Of a stretch of DNA of 26,188 bases, positions 9,177 through 17,111 are shown one piece after another. Numbering within the stretch: the stretch's first letter is position 1; the number at the start of each line of letters is the position of its first letter. The position numbers were made by a program, and so were the translations under genes. The notes beneath the pieces are model-generated. The model was not told the origin of the DNA. It was given only the letters and a program-made list of their open reading frames with translations, and made no database searches. This DNA comes from an uncultured archaeon (GTDB lineage: Archaea > Asgardarchaeota > Jordiarchaeia > Jordiarchaeales > Jordiarchaeaceae): assembly GCA_964510585.1 (NCBI GenBank), contig CAZECW010000195.1, positions 1-26,188 on the forward strand, written 5' to 3'.

Positions 9177-9422
9177 ATGGCTGAGTGGCGAGGAAAACCT
9201 AAGAGAAGTCTGGGTGATTTGTCTCCCTATTGGCATAGGAGTCCTTATCTAGCTAAGTTCTTTGTGCAAGCAGCGATGCCTAAAGTGATGGCAACCCTTC
9301 CTTATGAGATGTTTGATAGGCTCATAGAGGCGGTGGAGAGGAAGTTTGGTTCATTTTCGGCCATCACTTTAAATAAGGCAGTAATTGAGGCTTTGGAGAA
9401 ATGGATAGCTGAGCAAAGATAG
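9177..9422 (+). CDS. Small protein with C-terminal ribbon-helix-helix domain
   Basis: KVMATLPYEMFDRLIEAVERKFGSFSAITLNKAVIEALEKWI resembles archaeal RHH proteins. Its ATG directly abuts the previous TAA. Confidence 0.6.
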   Translation: MAEWRGKPKRSLGDLSPYWHRSPYLAKFFVQAAMPKVMATLPYEMFDRLIEAVERKFGSFSAITLNKAVIEALEKWIAEQR

Positions 9423-9435
9423 GGAGGCCAAAGAT

Positions 9436-9798
9436 GTGTCTGAGCTTAAAAGAAGATTGAAGGAAATGGTTGAAAGAATTAACGAAACGCCAAACCTACT
9501 CAACGCCATAAAAGAATGGATAGATGGATACGATGGAAAAACTATAGGTTTCAAAATGCCCAGTGAGGCGCTATATATAGCCTTTGGCAAAGGAGAGGTG
9601 AGAATGATTGAGGGTGAACCAGCATCCTTCGACTTGATGCTTCTCTCAGAAGAGGAAAACCTAGTTGACGGAATTTTCAAAGATCCAACTAGGATGAGAC
9701 AATATCTAAAAGAGGGTATAGTGACAATCTGGGGAAACATGCACGAATTACTGAAATTTGCAGAAATAGTAATTAAAAGTATTCAAATGGGCAAGTAA
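9436..9798 (+). CDS. SCP2 sterol/lipid-binding domain protein
   Basis: TIGFKM...LYIAFGKGEVRMIEGE...DLMLLSEEENLVDGI...YLKEGIVTIWGNMHELLKF matches the SCP2 fold pattern (G.l.i.Gd..ll). GGAGG RBS. Confidence 0.78.
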   Translation: MSELKRRLKEMVERINETPNLLNAIKEWIDGYDGKTIGFKMPSEALYIAFGKGEVRMIEGEPASFDLMLLSEEENLVDGIFKDPTRMRQYLKEGIVTIWGNMHELLKFAEIVIKSIQMGK

Positions 9799-9946
9799 AT
9801 TTTTGAAGGAACCGACTACCGTATTTACTAATAATGTATGTACAGAAAAGTAAGAACAAAAATTTTTAAGCAGAAATAAAAAGGGTTTAACAGCCTCTAA
9901 CCTTAAAACAATATGGTATTCGTTTGATTTTTTACAGGGTGGTTGA

Positions 9947-10366
9947 ATGGGTAAGAAGCGTATATTTAAAGAAGGAATCTTTAAAGAAGGATCTCTGGAA
10001 AGCGGCAACCCAATACTGGTGGGAAGCAAATGTAAATCCTGCGGCCAAATCTACTTCCCAAAGAAAAGAGTCTGCCCCAAGTGTATGACTATCGACGAAA
10101 TGGGGGAGGTGGAACTCAGCCGCAGAGGCAAAATATACTCTTACACAATTGCTCATGTTGGACCCCTCGAATACGCACCCTACGCCTTTGGCTTTGTCGA
10201 GTTACCCGAAGGCATAAGTATTTTCACACATTTCACAGACTGCGAGCCCTTCGAAAAAAAGTTGAAAATCGACATGGAAGTAGAACTCACCTCGGGAAAA
10301 ATTACCACAGACGAGGATGGAACAGAGGTAATCGGCTGGAAGTTTAGACCAGTAAAGGAGGGTTAA
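9947..10366 (+). CDS. DUF35 Zn-ribbon/OB-fold protein (thiolase partner; BbsA/ChsH2-C-like)
   Basis: GSKCKSCGQIYFPKKRVCPKC, GKIYSYT, PYAFGFVEL, IDMEVEL and WKFRPV. Adjacent to the thiolase. Confidence 0.93.
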   Translation: MGKKRIFKEGIFKEGSLESGNPILVGSKCKSCGQIYFPKKRVCPKCMTIDEMGEVELSRRGKIYSYTIAHVGPLEYAPYAFGFVELPEGISIFTHFTDCEPFEKKLKIDMEVELTSGKITTDEDGTEVIGWKFRPVKEG

Positions 10367-10373
10367 GTAAGAT

Positions 10374-11540
10374 ATGAGAGATGTTTATGTAATCGGAGTC
10401 GGCATGACAAAATTTGGCAACTTCCCCATAAGGCCCGGAGTTAAAGAAATGGGAGAAGAGGCATGCTTCAAGGCCATGAAGGATGCAAACGTATACCCCA
10501 AAGACGTTGAAGCAGGTTACTGTGGAGTTGTAGCAGGTGCCGGCGGCGCACAAGGCCCCCTCGCAGGTAACTTAGCTATGAAACAGGTGGGAGTAGCTGG
10601 TGTTCCAATAACAAGGTGCGAGAATGGATGCGCCTCGTCCTCCACCGCCTTCAGGGAAGCTTGGATATCAGTAGCAGCGGGTTTATACGATGTGGTTCTA
10701 GTTCTGGGAATAGAGAAGATGACTGGGCTTCCCACAAGAGAAATGCTCAAAGCTATGACCCAAGGAAGCGATTTGGAAATTGAGGGATTTATGGGAATGA
10801 CCTTTCCTGGAGTCTTCGGAATGATAGCAAATAGACACATGAAGGAATATGGCACAACTAGGGAACAAATGGCAATGGTCTCCGTAAAGAATCATCATAA
10901 CGCCACAATGAACCCCCACGCCCACTATCCCAAAGAAGTATCCCTAGAGAAAGTTCTAAACTCACCAATGATAGCCTACCCCCTAGGACTGCTAGACTGC
11001 TGCCCAATATCAGACGGCGCAGCAGCAGCAGTAATAGCAAGCAAAGATGTCGCAAAAAAATTCGCTGACACACCAATCAAAATTTTGGCAGCCACCCAAA
11101 AATCTGGAACATTCCTAGAAAAGCTCAACATTACAACTTTTGACATAACGGTAAGAGCTGCAAAAGAAGCCTACAGAATGGCGAAGGTAGAACCAAAAGA
11201 CATAGATCTTGCAGAGGTTCACGACTGCTTCACTATAGCTGAAATCCTACACAATGAAGACCTAGGATTCTTCAAAAAAGGCGAGGGGGGAAAAGCAGTG
11301 GAGGAGGGAGAAACCCAAATAAATGCCAAAGTTTCAATAAATCCCAGCGGAGGACTACTAGCAAAGGGACACCCTGTAGGTGCAACCGGCGTAGCTCAGA
11401 TCTGCGAGCTGGTTTGGCAATTGCGAGGCGAAGCAGGGACAAGACAGGTAGACGGCGCAGAAATTGGCTTAGCTCACTGTATGGGAAACTTTTCCCACGG
11501 AGACGGCGGAACATGCAACGTAACCATTCTGGGAAGATAG
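10374..11540 (+). CDS. Thiolase, SCP-x/SCP2-thiolase type (acetyl-CoA acyltransferase family)
   Basis: VYVIGVGMTKFG, ENGCASSS (catalytic Cys), GIEKM, CCPISDGAAA, AEVHDCFTIAE, NPSGGLLAKGHPVGATG. Confidence 0.94.
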   Translation: MRDVYVIGVGMTKFGNFPIRPGVKEMGEEACFKAMKDANVYPKDVEAGYCGVVAGAGGAQGPLAGNLAMKQVGVAGVPITRCENGCASSSTAFREAWISVAAGLYDVVLVLGIEKMTGLPTREMLKAMTQGSDLEIEGFMGMTFPGVFGMIANRHMKEYGTTREQMAMVSVKNHHNATMNPHAHYPKEVSLEKVLNSPMIAYPLGLLDCCPISDGAAAAVIASKDVAKKFADTPIKILAATQKSGTFLEKLNITTFDITVRAAKEAYRMAKVEPKDIDLAEVHDCFTIAEILHNEDLGFFKKGEGGKAVEEGETQINAKVSINPSGGLLAKGHPVGATGVAQICELVWQLRGEAGTRQVDGAEIGLAHCMGNFSHGDGGTCNVTILGR

Positions 11541-11544
11541 GCAC

Positions 11545-11737
11545 ATATGCTCGACTTGTTAACTAGGTTCCACCGATTTTAAGTTCCCTTTTGCACCGAC
11601 CCTTTTTTTAATTCTTTTTCTATCTTATTTTGTGAGCGTTTAGTTATAATTTAGGGATGTAAATTTTTGTTTGTTAGCGTCTCTAAAGCTTTTGTGATGC
11701 GGATAGATGAGGGGTGTGCGGTGTTGTTATTTATTTG
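11545..11737. repeat. Dispersed ~190-bp direct repeat, copy 2 (copy 1 at 1364-1553)
   Basis: Same conserved blocks as copy 1. Starts 5 bp after the thiolase stop and ends over the antitoxin stop codon. Confidence 0.92.
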
Positions 11738-12023
11738 ATTTTTTTGCGTGTTCTATGGATTTTTTTTGCTGGCTTAGTGTCACGTTTCCGCGTATTCCTT
11801 TGTTTAGGAGTGTTTCAAGCATTCTTCTTAGGCTGATTCCCGCAAGTTGTGCAGATTCTCCGAGAGTAATCTCCCCATCCCTGTATAGTTTTGCGGCGTA
11901 TTCTATTAGTCCCTCTCTTAGAAGTTTTCGGATAGCCGTGGATTCTTCTATGTCTTCCCTCTTTGCCGTGTAGGCTATGCCTTTTAAAATTTCTTCGGGT
12001 AATCTTATGGTCTTAGTTTTCAT
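11727..12023 (-). CDS. UPF0175-family putative antitoxin (RHH-like N-terminus plus HTH)
   Basis: MKTKTIRLPEE...STAIRKLLREG...AAKLYRDGEITLGESAQLAGISLRRMLETL is the characteristic UPF0175 pattern. Overlaps the PIN gene. Confidence 0.82.
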   Translation of the reverse strand: MKTKTIRLPEEILKGIAYTAKREDIEESTAIRKLLREGLIEYAAKLYRDGEITLGESAQLAGISLRRMLETLLNKGIRGNVTLSQQKKSIEHAKKSNK

Positions 12024-12525
12024 TTTCTATGCCTCCTAACTCTTCTATGGCAAGATGGTATTCCTCTTCGGAAATTAGATTTCTCAGTTTTTTAATGATT
12101 TCTTTAGTCTTTTCTTTGGTTAGTGCTCCTTTCCAATAAATGTGGAGGATAACCGTGGATGGTGTGAGGTAGGGAATATTAAATGCGTCAAGTATTCTGA
12201 TGAACATAGAGTCATCGCTAGACACTGCATCGAATTTTCCGGATTTATACAGGCGGAAAGCATCCGCTTCGCCTTTGCCTAAACCAAGATGCTTTATTTC
12301 TTCTTCGATTTCTAAGTTCCTAGCGGGCTCCTTTTCTTTAATTCTATTTTTCTTCAGGTTTTCGTCTATTTCAAAAGCATCAGCGAACCCCTCTTTCTTC
12401 GCAACAGTAACACACTCCTCCCTGACCTTAGGCGGAATGCATACCTCAACATTGTCCAAAACTATATCTTTAACACCTGCCTTAGTTAGTTTGATTAGGG
12501 AGTCTGAGTCCATAACTATTTTCAT
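12013..12525 (-). CDS. PIN-domain (VapC/DUF3368-like) toxin
   Basis: MKIVMDSDSLIKL, PPKVREEC, LGLGKGEADA and VSSDD supply the four acidic PIN positions. Start moved from 12618 to ATG 12525. Confidence 0.85.
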   Translation of the reverse strand: MKIVMDSDSLIKLTKAGVKDIVLDNVEVCIPPKVREECVTVAKKEGFADAFEIDENLKKNRIKEKEPARNLEIEEEIKHLGLGKGEADAFRLYKSGKFDAVSSDDSMFIRILDAFNIPYLTPSTVILHIYWKGALTKEKTKEIIKKLRNLISEEEYHLAIEELGGIENEN

Positions 12526-12924
12526 GTATTCTATTGTAATAATTGTCTTATAAAAGCATTCCCCAAAAACTTGCACCATAAAGAAAAAAATGTTGGAGGA
12601 TAGCCCCAAAAACCACATTTGTCTTTTAACTTGGTTTTAAAAGTTTTAGGGAAACTCGTGGAGAAAATTTCTTTTTAGCATCATGTGTGGTTTATGTTTC
12701 CCCTATCATCTTTTTTGCTAAAATAAGTCTCTCCATATTTTCTTTCTGTATGAGACCTGAAACATTTTCGGAGAACCTCCGTCTCAAACTTTTGGGCAAA
12801 CCCTCCAAAAAAGCGCACTAAAAACCTTTTATGTCCTTAATTTCATTCGGTGAATATGTATGGGTTAGATACTGACTAATTGATTCTTTGAAGGTCCAAT
12901 CTTCTAAAATAATGTCCGGAGCAC

Positions 12925-14796
12925 CTAGACTTTTTCCAGAAATTTTTCTATTTCTTCTTCTGCGTTGTCCGCCCTAATGTATATTGGTACGTTTGCTAGT
13001 CCTGTGGCTATGTAGCTTGAGAGGAGCCAGTCTCCGGGTGTGAATTCCAAGGTTTTTTCTAGTATGTTTTTGTCTATCATGAAGGTGTTGCTTATTAGTC
13101 CTCGGTCGTAGGGTCGGGGTAGTGTGCTTACGAAGTAGGTGTGTAGTTGTTGTAGGGCGCTTGTGTTGAGGTGTGCTATTCTTTGGGTTGCTATGCATCC
13201 TCCTAGTCCGTATTTTCTTCCTTGTCTTAGTAGTCTTTCGACTTCTGTTGAGCATTGTCTGTCTATTCCTGAAACGTTTGCGGGGTTTGCTACGAATTCT
13301 TGTGCTTCGTCCCAGACGAAGAGTATGTAGGGTTTTACTTTGAATTCTCTTTTTCTTTGGGCGAGTATGTTTTGGGTTAAGTCTATGACAATTTGTTTTA
13401 TGGTTGGAGGGTCGCTTATAGTGATGCTGATTAGTCGGGTTTCCCCTTCTACTAATTCTTGTATGTCTTCTGTGGTTAGTCCACCGCTTGTGTCGATTTC
13501 TGTTTCGAGGAAGTATCGTGTCATGCGTTGCCTTGTTTCGAACCAGCCGTATAGACCGCTTTTTTCGTGTATTTTGTAGGATGTAACTATGCTTGGTGCT
13601 GCAGCTACCAGCTTGTTTACGAATTCTCGGTCTATTTCGTCGGTTTCAATGTAGCCCTTTTCAATCATGTATTTTGCCGTTAGTATTTCTACTTCATTTA
13701 GTGCTTCAACATAGTTTAGTCTATTTTGGTTTTCTGATTTTAGTAGGGCTATGCTGTCTAGAAATTCCCTGAAGGTGGGGATTCTCATCAATTCCTGCAC
13801 ATAGTGGGTTACCTTGTTTTGTGAAAATATTTTCTCCATTCCTTTAATTACTCGGGGATCGTCTTCGAACAGTTTAGGTTTAACAATTGAGTTGTAGAAT
13901 TCTCTCGCATTCCCAGCTTTATGTTCAAGAATGATTTTTGAGGGTATCCTCTTGTCTGCGAATAAGTCCATCAGGAGGAAGGGGTATTCGCAGGATATGT
14001 CAAAAATCACCACTTTAGTGTCTGGAGTGTGTATGAGGAGCCTTCTTAGAATGTTGGAGAGCATGTTACTTTTCCCCCCACCTGTGAAGGCGAATATGCC
14101 GAAGTGGTATCTCACTAGGGAGTCATAGTCAACATATATTGGAATGTTTTCAGCTGAAGCTTCAAACATCTTAATTGTCCCAAGCCTTGGATCCTTCCAG
14201 GGATTACTGCTTGTTTCCTCAGAACTGAAACCCATTTTCTCCAACACTTTGCGGTTGTACATGTCCTTAATCATTTCCTTGTTGAGAATGTAAACTCTCT
14301 CCCCAACCACGGGATAGGAGAAGCCCCTCTCATAGCCAAATACGTGGTTCTCACCCGTCACCAAGTCGTAATTTATGGGGATTGCCGATATCTGAATAAT
14401 CATGGTGGATTTGTCGCTTGTCTCCCAGTCGCCAACCGATTGTTCAATGACTTCAAACTGCAGAGGATAATATTGGTAATCCTTTAAACCCCTCAAGCCA
14501 AAATGTTCGGGCCAAAAACGCAGAATCTCCATTAGTGTGTACCTGTTTTTGCCAGCCTCTTTAGTTTTGAAGTTCCTCACAGCCAGAAGCATTCCCGAGT
14601 CAATGAGCCTCATAAGTTCCCGGTCGTACTCCGCGAGAACCCTGCAGGTGTAGGGGGAAGATGTTCCAAATTCTTCGCTTGAGGTTTCGCTGGTTGCAAC
14701 AACTCTTCCCAGTCGGGCCTTGAATTTTCCATCGAAATCTGTAAAATAAATTTTAAGCTCCTCTTCTGAGCCGCTCAAACTCACCCCTCCGTTCAC
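12925..14796 (-). CDS. herA: HerA-like FtsK-superfamily ATPase/helicase (HAS-barrel plus DUF87/DUF853)
   Basis: Walker A HFGIFAFTGGGKSN, Walker B LFVWDEAQEF, arginine finger RQGRKYGLG, ATQR motif and an N-terminal beta-barrel region. Family-level call; orthology to the canonical repair HerA is not shown. True start may be GTG 14784 or TTG 14778. Confidence 0.88.
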   Translation of the reverse strand: MNGGVSLSGSEEELKIYFTDFDGKFKARLGRVVATSETSSEEFGTSSPYTCRVLAEYDRELMRLIDSGMLLAVRNFKTKEAGKNRYTLMEILRFWPEHFGLRGLKDYQYYPLQFEVIEQSVGDWETSDKSTMIIQISAIPINYDLVTGENHVFGYERGFSYPVVGERVYILNKEMIKDMYNRKVLEKMGFSSEETSSNPWKDPRLGTIKMFEASAENIPIYVDYDSLVRYHFGIFAFTGGGKSNMLSNILRRLLIHTPDTKVVIFDISCEYPFLLMDLFADKRIPSKIILEHKAGNAREFYNSIVKPKLFEDDPRVIKGMEKIFSQNKVTHYVQELMRIPTFREFLDSIALLKSENQNRLNYVEALNEVEILTAKYMIEKGYIETDEIDREFVNKLVAAAPSIVTSYKIHEKSGLYGWFETRQRMTRYFLETEIDTSGGLTTEDIQELVEGETRLISITISDPPTIKQIVIDLTQNILAQRKREFKVKPYILFVWDEAQEFVANPANVSGIDRQCSTEVERLLRQGRKYGLGGCIATQRIAHLNTSALQQLHTYFVSTLPRPYDRGLISNTFMIDKNILEKTLEFTPGDWLLSSYIATGLANVPIYIRADNAEEEIEKFLEKV

Positions 14797-16687
14797 GGAA
14801 GCTTGTCATATAGTAAACAAACTTCTTTAAATCCTTATTTGTCATAATCCAATCCTTCGTGGTGTCAATCAGGTTTTTAAAAAGGCTGTAGTTCCACTTC
14901 GCCACATTATCCGCAATAAATAGCGGTTTATTATGTCCGAAAATCTCGGGAATGGTGGAACTGGTGGTGGCAGCCAAGGTCACAAGGATGAGGTTTTGAA
15001 GCTCATTCCTGATTTTCTCATTTTTTAGTATGAAGACATTTACGGGTTCTTCTCCCACATAAATCTGGTGGAAACTTTCAATGTTTTCCTCCCTCATATC
15101 ATATTCTGCATAGGCGAGGCGATCTATGAGTAGGACGTTGCTTCTCACCTTCGGGTCGTGCTCCGCAGCCTGCAGTTGAACATAGGTTTTAAGAAACAAT
15201 CTCTCCATGGTAATCTTGTTTTTCCTTGCGCCCCTCACAAACCTAGGGCCCCTATCCTGATCTGGCACAATTGTGGTGAATGCTGAGTCATACTCAATCA
15301 GGCTCCAGGGAGGATGCAGTGTATCACAGCAGTTAAAGGAGAAGTGTTGGAGAAGCATTCGGTCAGTGTTGGGAAGCTTTGAGAATAATTCAGGAGAAAC
15401 CGTGCATCCGAAAATGTTGCAGTTAGAGCATACTGGAATGAAATGGTTCTTAAAATCGCTTGCCGCAGTGTCCTTTGTGATTCCCAAAAGGAGAACTCTG
15501 CGTTTCCAGCACTCCTCAATGAGCATATAGAAGCAGAAAAGTGTGAGAAAAGCAATATCCAACGTAGACAGGTACTGGGATGAACCGTCCTCACGTTCAA
15601 TAATCATCCTAATTCCCGATGCCGGCTCCTCCATTTCCTCCCGAAAAATACGTTCACCCAAAGTTCTAACCATTTTTGAAATTCTATCCCAAGAGTTCCT
15701 ATAACGGGGATTCAGGCGATACTTGGAATGGCTCTTGAGAATTATTTCCTCCCGAACCAAACTGTTAAGATAGCGGCCAACCCTATCCTCTCGAACCGAA
15801 TCATTAATTCCCAACTCTTCGCAAATCTGCTTCAGTGTTAGTGGAGAATCCTTCCTCTCTAAGAGGAGAATGATGCTGTGCCTCAAAAAGTCGCCTCTAG
15901 CGGGAGGGAGATTTAATTCGGGATTTGAGACGTGGTAGCGACCAATGAATAGATCATTTTTATCTATGGGTTCACCGTCCACCTTGAATCCCAGAATAGC
16001 ACACTTCTTATCCCAGTAAGCTTTCTTTGAGGTTTCCTTAGCGATGGCACGCTGGGTGCCCGAGAGTGATCGATCTAGGAAAAGAATCTTGACGGGGGCA
16101 TTTGGATCAGTCACAAGAAGGTAAGCCAGATAGTACTCGGCGAAGGTCATAATCCAGTCCGCAATCTGAGAATTATCCGCAATTTCCTGTTCAGACAAGG
16201 GCTGAGTTAATAAGCCCTCCGGGTCGTCGCCCTCACTGAAAAAAGTCTGGTCAATTTCGGGAACCTCATTAATATAAACGGGGACACAGCTTGAAATTCC
16301 CCTTCCCTCTTCTATATGCTTAGTGTAGTAATCCACTGTAGGTTTAGCATTTTCGTGGAAATGGATTTCTCCACTGGCAGCATAGGCACCACCAAAAAAG
16401 AGAATAAAGTCGAAAAGCCTCCTCGAATACTCAGTACCATCTACAGCCGCAAACCTAACCCGGTCAGAGCCAAAAAAGTCAACAGCGGTATGGTAAGCTC
16501 TTTCAAAATTTAAATCAGTAACCAAAAGTTTAGAGATAAAAGAGTTTAACTCGTCAATCTGGGAGAACCGATTCTTATAATCCGTCAGCTGCCGCTCAAC
16601 ACCCTTCAACAAAATATTGCTTATCCTACTAATCTGAGAACTCAGGAAAGATTTTCCCACTACAATCACCCAAAACCAACAAAACAT
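14753..16687 (-). CDS. nurA: NurA-like nuclease (RNase H fold) with an inserted winged helix-turn-helix domain
   Basis: FAAVDGTE, LFLDRSLSG, LLGITKDT and GHNKPLFIADNVAK correspond to NurA motifs. wHTH at about 15700-15895. Overlaps the herA-like gene. Probable start GTG 16660. Family-level call. Confidence 0.8.
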   Translation of the reverse strand: MFCWFWVIVVGKSFLSSQISRISNILLKGVERQLTDYKNRFSQIDELNSFISKLLVTDLNFERAYHTAVDFFGSDRVRFAAVDGTEYSRRLFDFILFFGGAYAASGEIHFHENAKPTVDYYTKHIEEGRGISSCVPVYINEVPEIDQTFFSEGDDPEGLLTQPLSEQEIADNSQIADWIMTFAEYYLAYLLVTDPNAPVKILFLDRSLSGTQRAIAKETSKKAYWDKKCAILGFKVDGEPIDKNDLFIGRYHVSNPELNLPPARGDFLRHSIILLLERKDSPLTLKQICEELGINDSVREDRVGRYLNSLVREEIILKSHSKYRLNPRYRNSWDRISKMVRTLGERIFREEMEEPASGIRMIIEREDGSSQYLSTLDIAFLTLFCFYMLIEECWKRRVLLLGITKDTAASDFKNHFIPVCSNCNIFGCTVSPELFSKLPNTDRMLLQHFSFNCCDTLHPPWSLIEYDSAFTTIVPDQDRGPRFVRGARKNKITMERLFLKTYVQLQAAEHDPKVRSNVLLIDRLAYAEYDMREENIESFHQIYVGEEPVNVFILKNEKIRNELQNLILVTLAATTSSTIPEIFGHNKPLFIADNVAKWNYSLFKNLIDTTKDWIMTNKDLKKFVYYMTSFRERRGEFERLRRGA

Positions 16688-16986
16688 ACTATCCTGCTAA
16701 TAGTAGACCAATCTCCAAGAGCGCCTGATCCCCAAATGCCAACTGTCATAATAGTAGTAATATTCTACCCAATTTAAATGTATCATAAACCTCCGCCAGA
16801 AAAGACTCTTCAGGAACTTATAGTTTCCAAATTTAATGGTGATACTCGTGGAATAACTCTATTTTGTAAAAGGCAAGTCTTTCTAATAATTACTGACCTT
16901 TTAAGTATTGATTCTAGCTTTTTTAATATGAATATATCCTATTTAATATACTACTTTTTACAATTATTGAACGCCACCCCTGACTA

Positions 16987-17062
16987 TCCATATGTATACA
17001 TAAGTTAACATAATTTTCATATAATTCCATATGTATCTTTTGGAAAACCTTATTATACCATA
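16987..17062 (+). promoter_or_regulatory. Phased CATA array plus BRE/TATA-like element upstream of pstS
   Basis: CATA at 16989, 16999, 17009, 17018 and 17028, with TCCATATGTAT repeated at 16987 and 17026, followed by ggaaaacc-ttattata (17042-17057). Confidence 0.5.
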
Positions 17063-17111
17063 AGTAAAATTGGCTAGTCGCCAAAAAATTTGAAAAATGT
17101 TGAGTTGAGGA

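Noticed and set aside
12639-12656. Similarity to 2682-2700 (aaaa.tttt..ggaa..ct) as a matching left end for a toxin-antitoxin-carrying IS630 derivative
   Set aside because: Short, and equally explained as BRE/TATA promoter sequence on the minus strand.
12620-12920. Possible gene fragment downstream of herA (APDIILEDWTFKESISQY...)
   Set aside because: No start codon, short frames and no recognisable motif, so it cannot be claimed as a third component of the NurA/HerA system.
16743-16750. CTGTCATA, a bacterial PHO-box half-site
   Set aside because: Single half-site about 360 bp from pstS, and no PhoB system is expected in an archaeon. Similar TGTCATA words also occur inside the nurA coding sequence.
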